NCBI GenBank assembly: GCA_964016885.1
Contig: OZ024742.1
Span: 192,944,001 to 193,008,000, forward strand
Direction of reading: 5' to 3'
DNA length: 64,000 nt
Source: Eledone cirrhosa
Taxonomy: Eukaryota
Shown here: positions 40,004 through 53,079 of the stretch, in pieces
Numbering within the stretch: the stretch's first letter is position 1
Layout: each line of letters begins with the position of its first letter
The notes under the pieces: generated by a model
Seen by the model: the letters and a program-made list of their open reading frames with translations, nothing else
Told to the model about the DNA's origin: nothing
Database searches by the model: none
Program-made: the position numbers and the translations under genes

Positions 40004-40171
40004 GTAAGTAATTTTTGCTTATCTCTTCATGAAGATAAAACTGTAACACGATCAGAATGTTTCAACGGTAAAGTCGATACTCTAGTAAAGATATTAATTA
40101 TCAATATGTATTAAGTGCACTATTTAATAGTTTGCTTCTGCGTTATTTAAAATGGGAATTTCACATCAATA

Positions 40172-40214
<43 letters not shown>

Positions 40215-40275
40215 ACATACATATATTGTTACACATGTATATGTAACCACACACACATATGCGAATATATATATA

Positions 40276-40334
<59 letters not shown>

Positions 40335-41245
40335 GGGTTGGCATATCTAGAGATATACACGCTGACAGTTCCATAGATATTCGCATAGCAAATGACTGAT
40401 GTAATTTGCAAGATGGCCATGGGGCAAAGAAACATAATTTATTCGCAAATGTCATCTTAGCAAATGGAAATGGTTTTAGTCATTAGGAAAAAAAAAACTA
40501 TCAATTTACATCACCTCGATGAACCGTTTGTACAACTTTCTTTTGATCACACATATTAACTGGAAAGAGAACACACATACGCTTGTAGGCCTGTCATCGT
40601 CTTAAATACCTTTTAACTCATCATTATTACCTATCTAGTTATTAGAGTTGCGTACACATAGAGCTTAAATAGGGATAGAGTATTAAATTCAATTACTATT
40701 CGGGATCTGAAACGTAAGAGACCCACGAGGGGATGGAGGTTAAATAAGGTGTGCTAGTAGGCAATTACTTCAAGCAGGAAACCGATTTAGTAGAATATAC
40801 TTTTCAAGTATCAACAGAATTGTCAGAGAAGCGCCTAATGCTATAATGGCGATGCATTAACTTCAAAATGCCAGCTCTCTTATTTCCTACTTTCTTTATC
40901 GTATTTACGTATTTCTTCAATGTAATCAATGGGGTATTCTGAGAGACGTACGCAACAATATGCGCATCGAACAATGTATATGTATATATATATATGTACG
41001 CGTATACGCATATAAATAAATGAATAAATAAATATGTATATATACATATATTCGAGACTCGAGAGTTTATATAAAGGGTCGCAACTCAGCCGTCGGGGCC
41101 CTGACTCTTTTCCTATTACCCACTCTACTACTCTATGTATCGAGTACTCTGGTGCGTTATGGTCCACCTGGTTGCTTACCACACTTCCTTCGTTATATAT
41201 ATATATATATGCGTGTGTGTGTGTGTAAATATATATGTATGTAAA

Positions 41246-41422
41246 TCAATATGTAAATTAACCAGTAATTCTGTTTTCTTTTTTTAAAGAAACCAAGGGA
41301 TACAATCTTGAAGAATTACCATTTTTTCACCACCCCTGGTGGTGGAAAAACGGTGATTTTTCAGATAGTATCCCCTGGTTTCTTTAAAAAAAAACCGAAT
41401 TACTAGTCAATTTACATATTGA
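41246..41422. repeat. Imperfect fold-back palindrome (centre near 41336)
   Basis: TCAATATGTAAATT..TTTAAAGAAACCA.GGGATAC / GTATCCC.TGGTTTCTTTAAA..AATTTACATATTGA. Confidence 0.7.
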
Positions 41423-41619
41423 GACCTAAACCCATTCCTAATTATTTTATAACATATCTGAATACTTGCAATATTCTTTTTTTTTTTTCATGTATAATAT
41501 ATTGTAATGTCTAAAAAAAACTAATTTGTCGCAGTAATACTACCACATGAAATGAAATTCCGCTGGATAGATTAGCAAATTTAATAAGTGGGCGGTTGTA
41601 ATAAAAGTAGAGGAGCGGA

Positions 41620-41671
<52 letters not shown>

Positions 41672-41677
<6 letters not shown>

Positions 41678-42595
41678 TTCGTTATTATATTTGTTTTGCA
41701 AGATTTTTTTCTGAAAACGTATGTTGAAGCAGATATCGTTATAATTTGGGAGGGTCATGCTGCCAATAAAACACATATCAACCTTTTGGATTTCAATTTA
41801 TTATTATAATCTCTCTGGAAAACTCGGAACGTAATACAAAGCATAAGATGCACGGAGGGACAGTTGAGGAATAGGAACTCGACATACATAGTTGATGCGG
41901 CCCCTTATCATAAGAGAAAGCATAACATTACACTGGTGAGAATTCCAAGAGGAGAAACACTCATCAGTACTCCACTAACATGTAACTATTGAACGTGAGT
42001 CTCACTAGAGAACATCGAGATAAATATTATATCATACACACAAAATAGTCACAAAGCTCCAACGGATTACTGAAGCCACATATATAAACGAACTCAAACC
42101 AAAGCTGAACAGAATGCTTAAATGGAATAGTAACAACCTCACGAATTAGTAACTAATAAAAGATAAATACATATAAATACACACAAGAACTAATAAGATG
42201 AACTTACCACGTCACCACACACACAGATAGAACAGGTAATCATCTCGTGAAAGTAGGAAAGAGAGAAAAGAAATTAATATATACATATATGAATAAATAA
42301 ACAAATTAATAAATAAAAAAAGAACATACACGCATACACCCACACACACGAATATAACGTTTACGCAGCCCAAGTAAACAGCTCACAAAAACAAGATGGT
42401 GTAAAACTACAAAGGTGAGACATAAAATAAGAACAAAAGAAGATATTGAGGTGGATGTCGAAAAAAACTTTGACAATCAACGACTAAACCACCAACTGAC
42501 TGGGAAATTTTAATGATAAATTCAAGTGAAATCCAGCAGGTGTGTGTCACTTTTACTGGCAGTAAGACTCGCCAAAGGTATGACAATATATACAT
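41672..42595 (+). mobile_element. Old MTLPKYN-family PLE: inverted pLTR end (41672-41810) + decayed EN/3' UTR/pLTR (41820-42595)
   Basis: Minus MTLPNYNDICF; plus AGCATAAGATGCACGGAGGGACAG, ATAAACGAACTCAAACCAAAGCTGAAC, ending GACTCGCCAAAGGTATGACAATATA. Confidence 0.7.
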
Positions 42596-42604
42596 ATACA
42601 TATT

Positions 42605-42656
<52 letters not shown>

Positions 42657-42668
42657 GCAGGAAGTGGG

Positions 42669-42704
42669 TCTTAACGTTTCGGACGCTAGTTCTTCATCAG
42701 AAGA
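42669..42704 (-). ncRNA. Minimal hammerhead in solo pLTR (42650-42762) of the 21445-22770 family
   Basis: TCTT-CTGATGA-AGAAC tagc GTCC-GAAAC-GTT-AAGA. Confidence 0.7.
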
Positions 42705-42761
42705 AATAATGAGAAATTAGAAAGTTTTAAGAAACGGGCTGCACGGAATCAGAAAAAATGT

Positions 42762-42866
<105 letters not shown>

Positions 42867-42901
42867 GTATGTGTGTCTGTGTGGGTGTGTATATATATAA
42901 A

Positions 42902-42944
<43 letters not shown>

Positions 42945-42984
42945 TTTTCCGAATCGAAGGAAAACTTGAAGCGTTAAGGTATTT

Positions 42985-43128
42985 TTTCTTGGTTATGTCA
43001 AAATTTATAAAACAAACTTTGTATTTTATCTGATGAAAGCGTACCAAAGTTTTGGTACCCTTAAAATATATATAATAGAATAAATATGGTTTTATAAATA
43101 TAGTTTCTATTTATTTAATATCATTGTG
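42985..43128 (+). mobile_element. Solo Naiad-family pLTR with HHR whose GAAA is mutated to AAAA
   Basis: TATTTTAT-CTGATGA-aagc GTACCAAA gt TTTGGTAC cctt-AAAA-TATATATA-ATAGAATA. Confidence 0.65.
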
Positions 43129-43779
43129 TATATATATATATATATTCCTATGTGAATATATTTATATCCGTGTATATTATACAGTTCAAAGTTTACCCTC
43201 CACGGAAAACTGTAATGTCAACATTTCCTCAAAAATAAGTATTGAGGTTTCTCTTTGCCAGCGCATAAGACCTGTTCTTATTTTCCTTCAAAACACACAC
43301 ACATACACACACACGTGCATATATTTTGTATATATATATATTGTATATGTATATATATACATATATACACACACAACGGTAAAGACCCCCTTCAATCACG
43401 AATGACCATGAGATTCGCACCTAGAATGTCCTCCTCTGAGGCACAAGTCCGGGCAAGGTTGTTTGTGGAAGACCAGCAGTCAACCCTGCATACCAGTCAC
43501 CCCTCTAAACGGCGCTGATGTTAACCAACAGAAAGGCTATGGTGATACGAATTGGTACCAGTGATGCCACAACTCATTTCTACAGCTTTGTGATCTGCAG
43601 CAACGTAAATTAGAGTCTTGCTCAAGAACTCAACTCATTACTCTGTCCAAGATTCGAACTCAAAATAACATAATTGCAAGCCAACAATCAGATCACTAAC
43701 CCATGCACCTTCTCTATGTATATACATACATATATACACAATATATGGGCGTTTGTATATGCCTGAAAAAATATTTGTT

Positions 43780-43990
43780 TTTAATTTAGGAACAAGGCCA
43801 ACAGATTTAGGAGAGGGAAACGTCGTCTAAATCGACCGTAGTGCATTACTGGTGCTTTATTTTATTGACCCTATAAGGATGAAAAGCAAAGCTAAATTCG
43901 GCAGGATTTGAACTCAGACCGTATGGGGTTGTAACTATATGCTGCACATCATGGCCTTCGGCGCTCTTTCGATATGTTTACCACCATCAG
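43780..43990 (-). mobile_element. Diverged tRNA-derived SINE
   Basis: Reverse complement of B box (GGATTTGAACTC) and core TTTATTGACCCTATAAGGATGAAAAGCAAAG. Confidence 0.7.
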
Positions 43991-45096
43991 CTTTATATTT
44001 TTACCACCCACGAAATATAATATAAACTCAATGTTGAGGCGTAGATGTAGATAAACCAGTTATTTTGTATGCACTAACTTAGATACATATGAGATACACA
44101 CCACTTTACCAAAGTTATATATTTTTTACACAAATTTACAATAAGATGAGAGGAAAATAAAAATATATTTTAAATCAAACGATATCTTTGAATGTGTTGT
44201 CTTAAAAACAATGAAATGTATAGAAACATCAGACCATCCACATACATTTTCTTGAAGGTGTTGCAGCAAGCATAGCTGAGAGAGTAAGGAATGCGCTACA
44301 CAATATCGTAGCTCCAAGTTCGATTTTTCTCTAAGCGGCAATTTGAAAACGTGTCTTCTTGCATAGACCTTGTTTGATGAGTAGATTGTGACTGATAACT
44401 TAGAAGAAGCCTATGATATAATATCTGTTATACTATTTTTTTATATCATATTTATATTGTTCAATAGGTATTAATTTTGCTTTTTCTTAATAAATTGGGT
44501 ATTTTCTTTATTTTAAATTTTATTTTCGTTTTTACGTTATGGTGTATGAAATAGATATCTTGTAATTGTTTTGCTTCTTTCCTTAATAACTTAATGATTT
44601 TCTTGACTATTAATCTGTTGTTATTTTATGTCATATTGTGCAACCTGGGACACCTGGTGCGCACCCTCACGTCGTCTGGGGGGTTTGTTCGGGGGTTTAA
44701 GGCCAAGCGAGTACGGGAGATTGTAGAACAAGGCCTATTAGGTAATGGGGTTGTAGTCGCTGCAGGTAATAATATATAATGTTTAATGTCTATTCTCATA
44801 CAAAAACCTCCGTAATTTGACGGTTGTAGTGCGAGAGCGTCCCCTTGATGGTCATATTTAGAACGGGTAAAGATTTGGGAAATATATATGATGTCAGTGA
44901 TAGGGATTAGAGTGGTTGTCTTCGTTCTAATATAGATTGTCTTTGCTTTTACGAGTTTGAAATCCGATGGTCTTATTCACTAACTGTTTTGTATATTGTT
45001 GGCTTCGATTTCTGAGATAAGGCATTCGATGATTGCTTGTCTTTCTGCTGATTGTGTCTACGTTCGGTTTGTGTGCTTGAAGGACCTACTGGCTGG

Positions 45097-45198
<102 letters not shown>

Positions 45199-45366
45199 TA
45201 TATATATATATTTAGTATGGATTAAAGTATAATCAAAGAATACCTGCTGTCATTCTATTACGGGTTATTTGTGAAAGCAGCAATTATTTGATTAAACTTG
45301 AATCTGTACTTATAATAAATATTTGCTCTACCGGTTTATATATATGCTGTTCATTATTATTATTGC

Positions 45367-45438
<72 letters not shown>

Positions 45439-45539
45439 CGTGTATATATGTGTGTGCGTGTGCGTGCGTGTATGTATATGTGTGTGTGTAAATTTCGTAT
45501 ATCGAAAAGATGAAATAATGGCATAGTATTGTGATCATT

Positions 45540-45567
45540 GCCCGGCAACGACGGGCTACCTAGCTAG
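45540..45567 (+). mobile_element. Possible Helitron 3' terminus
   Basis: GCCCG gcaacga CGGGC hairpin followed by CTAG; the next base is A rather than the expected T and no 5' end was identified. Confidence 0.4.
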
Positions 45568-45568
45568 A

Positions 45569-45657
<89 letters not shown>

Positions 45658-46017
45658 TACATATATGTATATTACTCTTTTACTCTTTTACCTGTTTCAG
45701 CCATCCGGCTGAGGCCATGCTGGGGCATATTTTGTATATGCATATATATATGTACATGTATATATATATATATTTATATATATATATATATGTGTGCGTG
45801 TGTGTCGTTTTTCTGAATTTATTTAACAAGATCCTTTATCTGAAAACATGTGTTGAAACCGATATTGTTATACTTTGGGAGGGTCATGTTGCGAATAAGA
45901 AACAAACGCACCAGCTGCCTTCACTCCAATTTATTATAAATTAAATTATAAATTTTAAAAATTTATAAATTTCGGGTTGGTTGGTTGGTGCCACAACCGG
46001 ACGGTTGTTCATATATT

Positions 46018-46060
46018 GTCAAAGTTATTTCGTCACACATCCTGTGACCTCCTCAGTGAC
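46018..46060 (-). ncRNA. Minimal hammerhead ribozyme
   Basis: GTCA-CTGAGGA-G GTCAC aggatgt GTGAC-GAAA-taac-TT-TGAC. Confidence 0.75.
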
Positions 46061-46566
46061 TGGGGATTATTTTCTTTGTTTAGTGCCTCTCCTTTGTTCT
46101 GTCCTACGCCATCTTGTTTTTGTGTGTGTTGTGTGTTTAGTTTGCGCATGTGTTTTTATTTGTTTATTTATTTGATTATTTACATGTTACTAGTTGGTTG
46201 TTTGTTCTATCTGTGTGTGTTTTCATTTTGTCCTTAATTGTATGTTGTGATGTTGCTATTCCATTCATGTTTACTGTTTAATTTTGGTTGGAGTTCATTT
46301 ATGTTTATGTTTATTGCCTCAAAATTAAATAGAAAACATGAATGGAATAGCAACATCACAACTTACAATTAAGGAGAAAATGAAAACACACACATAGAAC
46401 AAACAACCAACTAGTAACATGTAAATAAACAAATAAATAAACAAATAAAAACACACACAGACACCCGGATGTAACACATGCGCAAACTAAACACACAACA
46501 CACGCAAAAACAAGATGGCGTAGGACAGAACAAAGGAGAGGCATAACACAAAGAAAATAATCCCCA

Positions 46567-46609
46567 GTTACTGAAGAGGTCACATAATGTGTGACGAAAG
46601 AACTTTGAT
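46567..46609 (+). ncRNA. Minimal hammerhead ribozyme
   Basis: GTTA-CTGAAGA-G GTCAC ataatgt GTGAC-GAAA-gaac-TT-TGAT. Confidence 0.7.
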
Positions 46610-46802
46610 AATATATGAACAACCGTCCTGTTGTGGAACCAACCAACCAACCAGAAATTTATAATTTTTTTTAAAATATATAATTTAATTTATAATAAAT
46701 TTGAGTGAAAGGAACTGGTGCGTGTGTTTCTTATTGGCAACATGACGCTCCCAAAGTATAACTATATATATTTATATGTATATATATATATATATACGTA
46801 TG

Positions 46803-46836
<34 letters not shown>

Positions 46837-46983
46837 CATACATATATATATATACATACATATATATATATATAGTTATACTTTGGGAGCGTCATGTTGC
46901 CAATAAGAAACACACGCACCAGTTCCTTTCACTCAAATTTATTATAAATTAAATTATATATTTTAAAAAAAATTATAAATTTC

Positions 46984-47328
46984 CACTACAAGCCGAATAT
47001 TACATAAAAGAGGGACATCCCCCAACTATATAAACCTTAATCTAGTTAGAAAAATATAAAAACAATCTCTTCTCAACATATATTAATAACCTTAAATTAC
47101 CATACTAATAATGAAAAGATATGCTGATGAGAATAGGTACAAATATGCGATAATGAATGTGTCTAAAAACGTCCATAAGTATGTATATATATGTGAAAAT
47201 GTATATAAATAAGTAAATATATATATATGTTTGATGTGTATAGTTAGATGTAAGTGTATTCATGTATTAAAGTGCTTATATATATGTATATATGTATGTA
47301 TGTGTATATGTATATATATGTATGTATG

Positions 47329-47369
<41 letters not shown>

Positions 47370-48104
47370 GTGTATATATATATATATATGTGTATGTATA
47401 TATGTGTATATGGATGTGTATGTATGTGTATGTGTGTACACATGGACTAGAGTATGTATGTATATATGTGTGTGTCTATACGTGTGTATATAAAGATAAG
47501 TTGAGTATGAAAATGTATACACATGAGCGCGTATGTATGTACATGAATACATGTGTGTATATATATGTGTATGCATGTGTATATATATGTAAGTATGAAT
47601 ATGTGAATTGTGAGTATATGTATTTTGTAGAGGTGTGCAAATATATTTGTGTGAATGCGTGGGTGAAAGGATACGTACACTTGAAAGAAAAATTTAAGTC
47701 TGAATGTTAATTAAGTGCAAACACAAAACCAACCACGCATATCTTTACTATCTCTAATCCTTCTATAGATTTAGAAAAATAACCAATAATATATTCTATA
47801 AAAAATGTCAAAACAACAGATGGGAATCTAATTACTCACTGCCACCAAGAATTCTCACTGCTATCGAAAAACCACTCCTTCAACTATTCTTCTAACAACT
47901 TCACCCCTCCCTCCTAATATTCTCTATAAAAACTAAATAGGTCCTCAGTAATATTATTCTGATGAAATGACAGTAAATAATAACATTGAAATATTGAATG
48001 TCTGCATAACTAAAAGTTTGTAGATAGCTGTTTTAGGTTATGTAACTGTTATAGAAACACGTGTCAATAAATTCCTTTCAACTAAACTGTATCCATTCAA
48101 ATCT

Positions 48105-48108
<4 letters not shown>
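46984..48108 (+). mobile_element. Probable 3' end of another PLE (low-complexity UTR + HHR-bearing pLTR) ending in (TA)n
   Basis: Short LQAEYYIKEGHP frame resembling an EN C-terminus (weak), TG/TA-rich UTR, HHR at 47954-48070. Confidence 0.55.
47954..48070 (+). ncRNA. Type-I hammerhead with about 70-nt structured stem-II extension
   Basis: TTATT-CTGATGA-a ATGACAGT...ACTGTTAT a-GAAAC-ACGT-GTC-AATAA. Confidence 0.8.
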
Positions 48109-48143
<35 letters not shown>

Positions 48144-48153
48144 TATATATATA

Positions 48154-48387
48154 TAGAATAGCTTTCACCCTATTTTTGACTAAAGGAATTTTAGCCTGAT
48201 AATTGGGTTTAGAACCCTCAGATAAATGGAAAAAGATGAGTATTGACGTCAATACTCAGCCTTTTCCATTTATCTGAGGGTTCTAAACCCAATTATCAGG
48301 CTAAAATTCCTTTAGTCAAAAATACGGTGAAAGCTATTCTAATTTCTAATTTCAAACCTGCTCACTGTTTCAAAACATACTTACTTG

Positions 48388-48390
<3 letters not shown>
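48154..48390. repeat. Near-perfect 188-bp loopless palindrome (48154-48341, centre GACGTC) plus tail in (TA)n
   Basis: Arms reverse-complementary with about 3 differences. Confidence 0.85.
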
Positions 48391-48438
<48 letters not shown>

Positions 48439-48519
48439 CATCGAAGGATTTGTGTCATATTTAGCTTTCAATAGCTGGATATACACTTGCGGTCGGTACT
48501 CCATACAAGTGAAAACAGT

Positions 48520-49006
48520 ACTCTGTATTAGGAAATCAAACCTGTGGGCCAAACTGAAAAGGAATTTCTTCAGAGCTGCTGTGGAATCTTTGCTTGTTTA
48601 TGGCTCTATCACTTGGACGCTAACGTCGAAACTGGAGAAAAAGCTAGACGGGGCATACACACGTATGATCCGCGGTGCTTTATACGTGTATTTGAGGGAA
48701 CACCCAACAAATAAGGATCTCTATGGCAATATACCACCTATCAGCAGGTCAATGCGTGGACAGAGACTCAGATTTCCTGGCCACTGTTGGCGCAGCAAGG
48801 AAGAAATAGCAGGTGATGTATTGTTATGGAGTCCATCTCATGGAGCAAGAAACGCTGGTCGTCCCAAGAAGACATACACGTCAAGCAACTTGAGGACGAT
48901 ACTGGATGCACTGCGGAAGAACTGGCAAACGCTATGAGAGACAGAGATGGATGGAGGAAACGTGTCGTAGAAATTCGAGCAAGCTCGACCTGATGATGAT
49001 GATGAT
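48520..49006 (+). mobile_element. RTE-clade LINE 3' fragment with (GAT)n tail
   Basis: KRNFFRAAVESLLVYGSITWTLT..LDGAYTRMIR.AL, RLRF.GHCWR, GRPKKTY. Confidence 0.8.
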
Positions 49007-49014
49007 ATATATAC

Positions 49015-49079
<65 letters not shown>

Positions 49080-49169
49080 TGAAGAGTTAAACACAATTCA
49101 ATGAGTATATCGAAGAATGAGTTTTACAGTAGATTGGAAGCACTCTACGAAAATAATTTTCCGGAGTTA

Positions 49170-49375
49170 TTAATATTAGAATATAAATATTAATAAAATA
49201 GATGTTCTTTTGATCAATTACATATTATTATACATATTTAGGATGTACAACAGTACGTCCTCAACAGACAAAATATAATGATACGTGACATACCCTGAGA
49301 TGTTAAATGGTTAATATTTAAAATGTAATTGATCAAGAGAACATCTATTTTATTAATATTTATATTCTAATATTT
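49170..49375. repeat. About 60-bp inverted repeats around an 85-bp spacer
   Basis: AATATTAGAATATAAATATTAATAAAATAGATGTTCT.TTGATCAATTACAT / ATGTAATTGATCAA.AGAACATCTATTTTATTAATATTTATATTCTAATATT. Confidence 0.7.
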
Positions 49376-49498
49376 ATACACCTGTATACATATGAACACT
49401 CACATATATTTATATAGAGATACATATATATATAGATATATATATATACAGAAAGAGTTATAGTGAGAGTGAGTGAGTGAGTGAGTGAGTGAGAGAAA

Positions 49499-49591
<93 letters not shown>

Positions 49592-50104
49592 TGAACCATA
49601 CCTTTATATTTCGACTGTTTTTCTGTGATAACTAGAGTATTATCATTGATTAAATAATTATGTATGTTTTCTGTTTTTTCATTGAGGTTGTACATTAAAC
49701 ATATATTTTTTTCCTATTCTAACTTCGTATTTTCTTATATGTTATCTGTTTACAGCGAGTTACTTACATGAATTTCTCGTCTATGATCCATACTCTTATG
49801 TTATAAATGAAACATAAAAAGCTTTATACGTGTTAGCCAAATAATTTACTCACATATCACATGACAAATAGACAACATCCGATTCTTGTTTATGTGAAAA
49901 GGTGTGGAGGAAGTGTATTAATGGTGTGAAAATTATTAGTATTAAATCTCGTAATCAGAGATTTAAGCCAATGCGTTCAAATGTTTGCTTGAGCGTGGCA
50001 TGCCAGCATTCTGTTTATTGATCTGCTGACACTTCGAAGTCCTGTATTAATGAGGAATCAGTTGTCTGTTCCACACACAGACGTAAACATCAATCAATAA
50101 TATA

Positions 50105-50290
50105 ATTCTTTCTACTATTGGCACAAGGCCAGCAATTACCAGTATATTACTGGTACTTTATTTTATCGACCCCGTAAGGATGAAAGGCAAAGTTAACCTC
50201 GGCGGGATTTGAACTCAGAATTGTAAAAGCCGTAACTCAATACGTCAAAGCATGGCGTCTGACCCTCTACCGATACTGCAAATCCACCGA
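50105..50290 (-). mobile_element. SINE family A, full length, with about 15-bp TSD
   Basis: A/B boxes on minus strand; ATCAATAATATAATT on both sides; extra 3' fragments at 50303-50350 and 51555-51612. Confidence 0.85.
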
Positions 50291-50657
50291 TCAATAATAT
50301 AATTGTTTCTACTTTTGGCACAAGGCCAGCAATTATCCCAGTGCATTACTGTCACACACTAGAGTTGACTGTGGAAGGAAAGGGTGACGACGTCGACTGA
50401 AGAAGGAAGGGGTGATGACGACGACTGAGGAAGAAAGGGGTGGCAATGTTTATCATTTGCTACACTTGTGTGTTTATATGTATAGTGAATTGGCTACACA
50501 CATTGGCTGTTAAGATTATGTGAGTTTTTGTGAGTGTGTGTATGTGTGTTGCGTAAATTATATTTATATATAATATTTGTGTGAGTGTATATGTGTGGTT
50601 GTGTGTTTTTATTTAGAAAGATACATAGACAATAGAATCATAAACACACGAATCTAC

Positions 50658-50718
<61 letters not shown>

Positions 50719-51805
50719 TGTAATAAACAACATAAAGCAATTATTCCATTTACCAGTGGTTTTACTTCATTAACACACACATATATATATATATAGATAT
50801 ACACACTTAGAAAAAAATAATTATTACATACACACACATCTATGTAATGACTGTGGTTGAGAAACTATAGTAGACCAGAGTTCTAAGATTCATCACAGCT
50901 GTGTTCTTATCACTTGCGTTAGTAAACGCGAAGGAACCAACCAACCAGCCAACCAAAATACAAACATCTCTTTTTCATATAATGTGTTGATATTACAATT
51001 AGCCGTCATATTTGCCGGCGCGGGGCCAGCTAGGTTAATGTAATTCCCGTGCTGAAACAGCATGACACTATTTGTGAAATGTTTGGGACTTTGAATTTCA
51101 GTTGAAGTCCATGCAATGGGCTCCCATACAATTTCAGTCTCAATGAAGCCATGGTAAGGACACTTTCACAAATTGCCACACTGGTATTGATCGCGGAACA
51201 TCCTGATCGCAAAGCGAACCCTTTAAAAAGTAGCCATATTTGCCTGCACTTGGGAAAAATAGGCTCATTGGTACTGATACAAGTGCGGAACTGTAAATCT
51301 GAAATATATGAGCCTATGTCCAAACGTATTATTTAACACTCGTATTTGTCACTAGGCCAACGAGTGGTAACGGCACCTTGTCTTCATTAATCTGGTTGCA
51401 CAGCTTTAGAGGGATTAAGTTGACAGGTGTTAAATCTTTCAACATTAGTATACAAGTGATAGCTGAACAGGCTGACCAATATACTCTCCTGGGATGACCA
51501 AATGAAGTTTATTTTTCAACATAATTTCTGAAAGAAACAATGTAGTTATTAATAATTGTTTCTACTTTAGGCACAAGGCCAGCAATTACCCAGTGCATTA
51601 CTGGTACTTTATGCATGTAAATGTAGTTATTAATAATAAGAGTCGAAATTAATGCACGCAAGATTTCACAGCGCTAGCATCATTTCTGGTAAATCATGCC
51701 TATCTATGATCAATTTAGTTCACACTTGTACATGTCCTTTTCATTCTACTTGTAAATTGAAGGATTTCGACATTCTCGCCGCTCGCATTTGCGATTCATA
51801 TTTTC

Positions 51806-51862
<57 letters not shown>

Positions 51863-51992
51863 GTGTGTGTCTGTGTATGTGTACATTTACATGCAGGCAT
51901 ATTTATATGATATGTATTTCACTTATAGAAAATAAATTGATTATTCAAAATAATCATCTATGATTCTTTTGCGTTAATCACTCTCATTACAG

Positions 51993-52132
51993 TTCGACTG
52001 GAAATTATTTCTACAAAATCTACTCGGAATGAATAGCACAACTGCCCACCTTTCCAACACAGAACCAATAATTGTTATATCACCCAAGTATATTTCTGGT
52101 ATGATGGATTTGATCAACAAAACTTCTATCAG
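51993..52132 (+). CDS. Exon of M13 peptidase (neprilysin/ECE-like) gene
   Basis: ctctcattacag| ... AG|gtaatt; FDWKLFLQNLLGMNSTTAHLSNTEPIIVISPKYISGMMDLINKTSI matches the M13 N-domain pattern FdW..fl......E.vvV..p.Yl..l..li..T; in phase with the preceding exon. Confidence 0.8.
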
Positions 52133-52694
52133 GTAATTCATAATTTGTTTTGGTTTTTATACCTCAACTATCGGAGAGTGACAATGGACGGGGAAGGTGC
52201 ACATATGACTTACATACTATCAATGTAGATAAAAAAAAATTTGTTATAAATATTGAAGTTGATACAATATATTTTACATTCTACAAAAATAATGAATACT
52301 TTTTTTACCAAATAAATTGAAATATAAACATTTTGTCATAGAATTGAGAGAATCGATAATATAGCAGAACTGAATATGGCAGTGTGATTGACAGGCAAAG
52401 GATAACCGATGAACTGGCCAACGAAGTATATTAAATAGAAAGAAATATTAGAATAGAAGGATATGATTAAGAAATCAATAAGTAAAATACGTAAACTATT
52501 GAATCAGTCATCGAAAAGCGATAAAAGACAGCCTGTTTTAGAGAAAAAATATATCCAAACTGATTAATATTTTGAAATAGACATGTAGCGAAAAAAGATG
52601 CACTGGTATAGGATATTCAAATGGGCTAGCATGGAGATGATAAACCATACGACAATTAAACATATTTTATGACGTCGGTATGAAAGTTTTCATG

Positions 52695-52916
52695 TAGTGA
52701 ATATGTCACTTACTTATTTTCGGCGAAAGAAGCACCAATCCTAATCCCTAATTTTTGCTGGACCGGCAATCACTCTGTATAATCAGCTCCTGTCCAGCTT
52801 CTATAATTTTCGGCGAAAGCAGACGAGTACGTGGCACTGATGAACACCAACCAGCGTGAAACGGACTGTCATCTTCTCTCCCTTCTTTCGCCTAAAATAA
52901 GTGACATAGTCACTAC
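52695..52916. repeat. Small element with about 35-bp imperfect terminal inverted repeats and a degenerate hammerhead inside
   Basis: GTAGTGA.TATGTCACTTA..TTT.GGCGAAAGAAG / CTTCTTTCGCC.AAAATAAGTGACATA.TCACTAC. Confidence 0.55.
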
Positions 52917-53008
52917 TTTAAAACTGATAGTGTATGGTCCTCTAAATGTTTATAATTAAACATACGGTATATGGCCAAATATACTATACATACATTCATC
53001 TCTCTCTC

Positions 53009-53079
<71 letters not shown>

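Larger units (their letters stand above)
45806..46983. mobile_element. Three alternating-orientation pLTRs of the MTLPKYN family: 45806-46320(-), 46321-46766(+), 46870-46983(-)
   Basis: Mirror ORFs 45977/46411 and 46718/46731; HHRs at 46018-46060(-) and 46567-46609(+). Confidence 0.85.

Noticed and set aside
47120-47160. CTGATGAG near a PLE UTR
   Set aside because: No stem II or GAAA partner at a plausible distance
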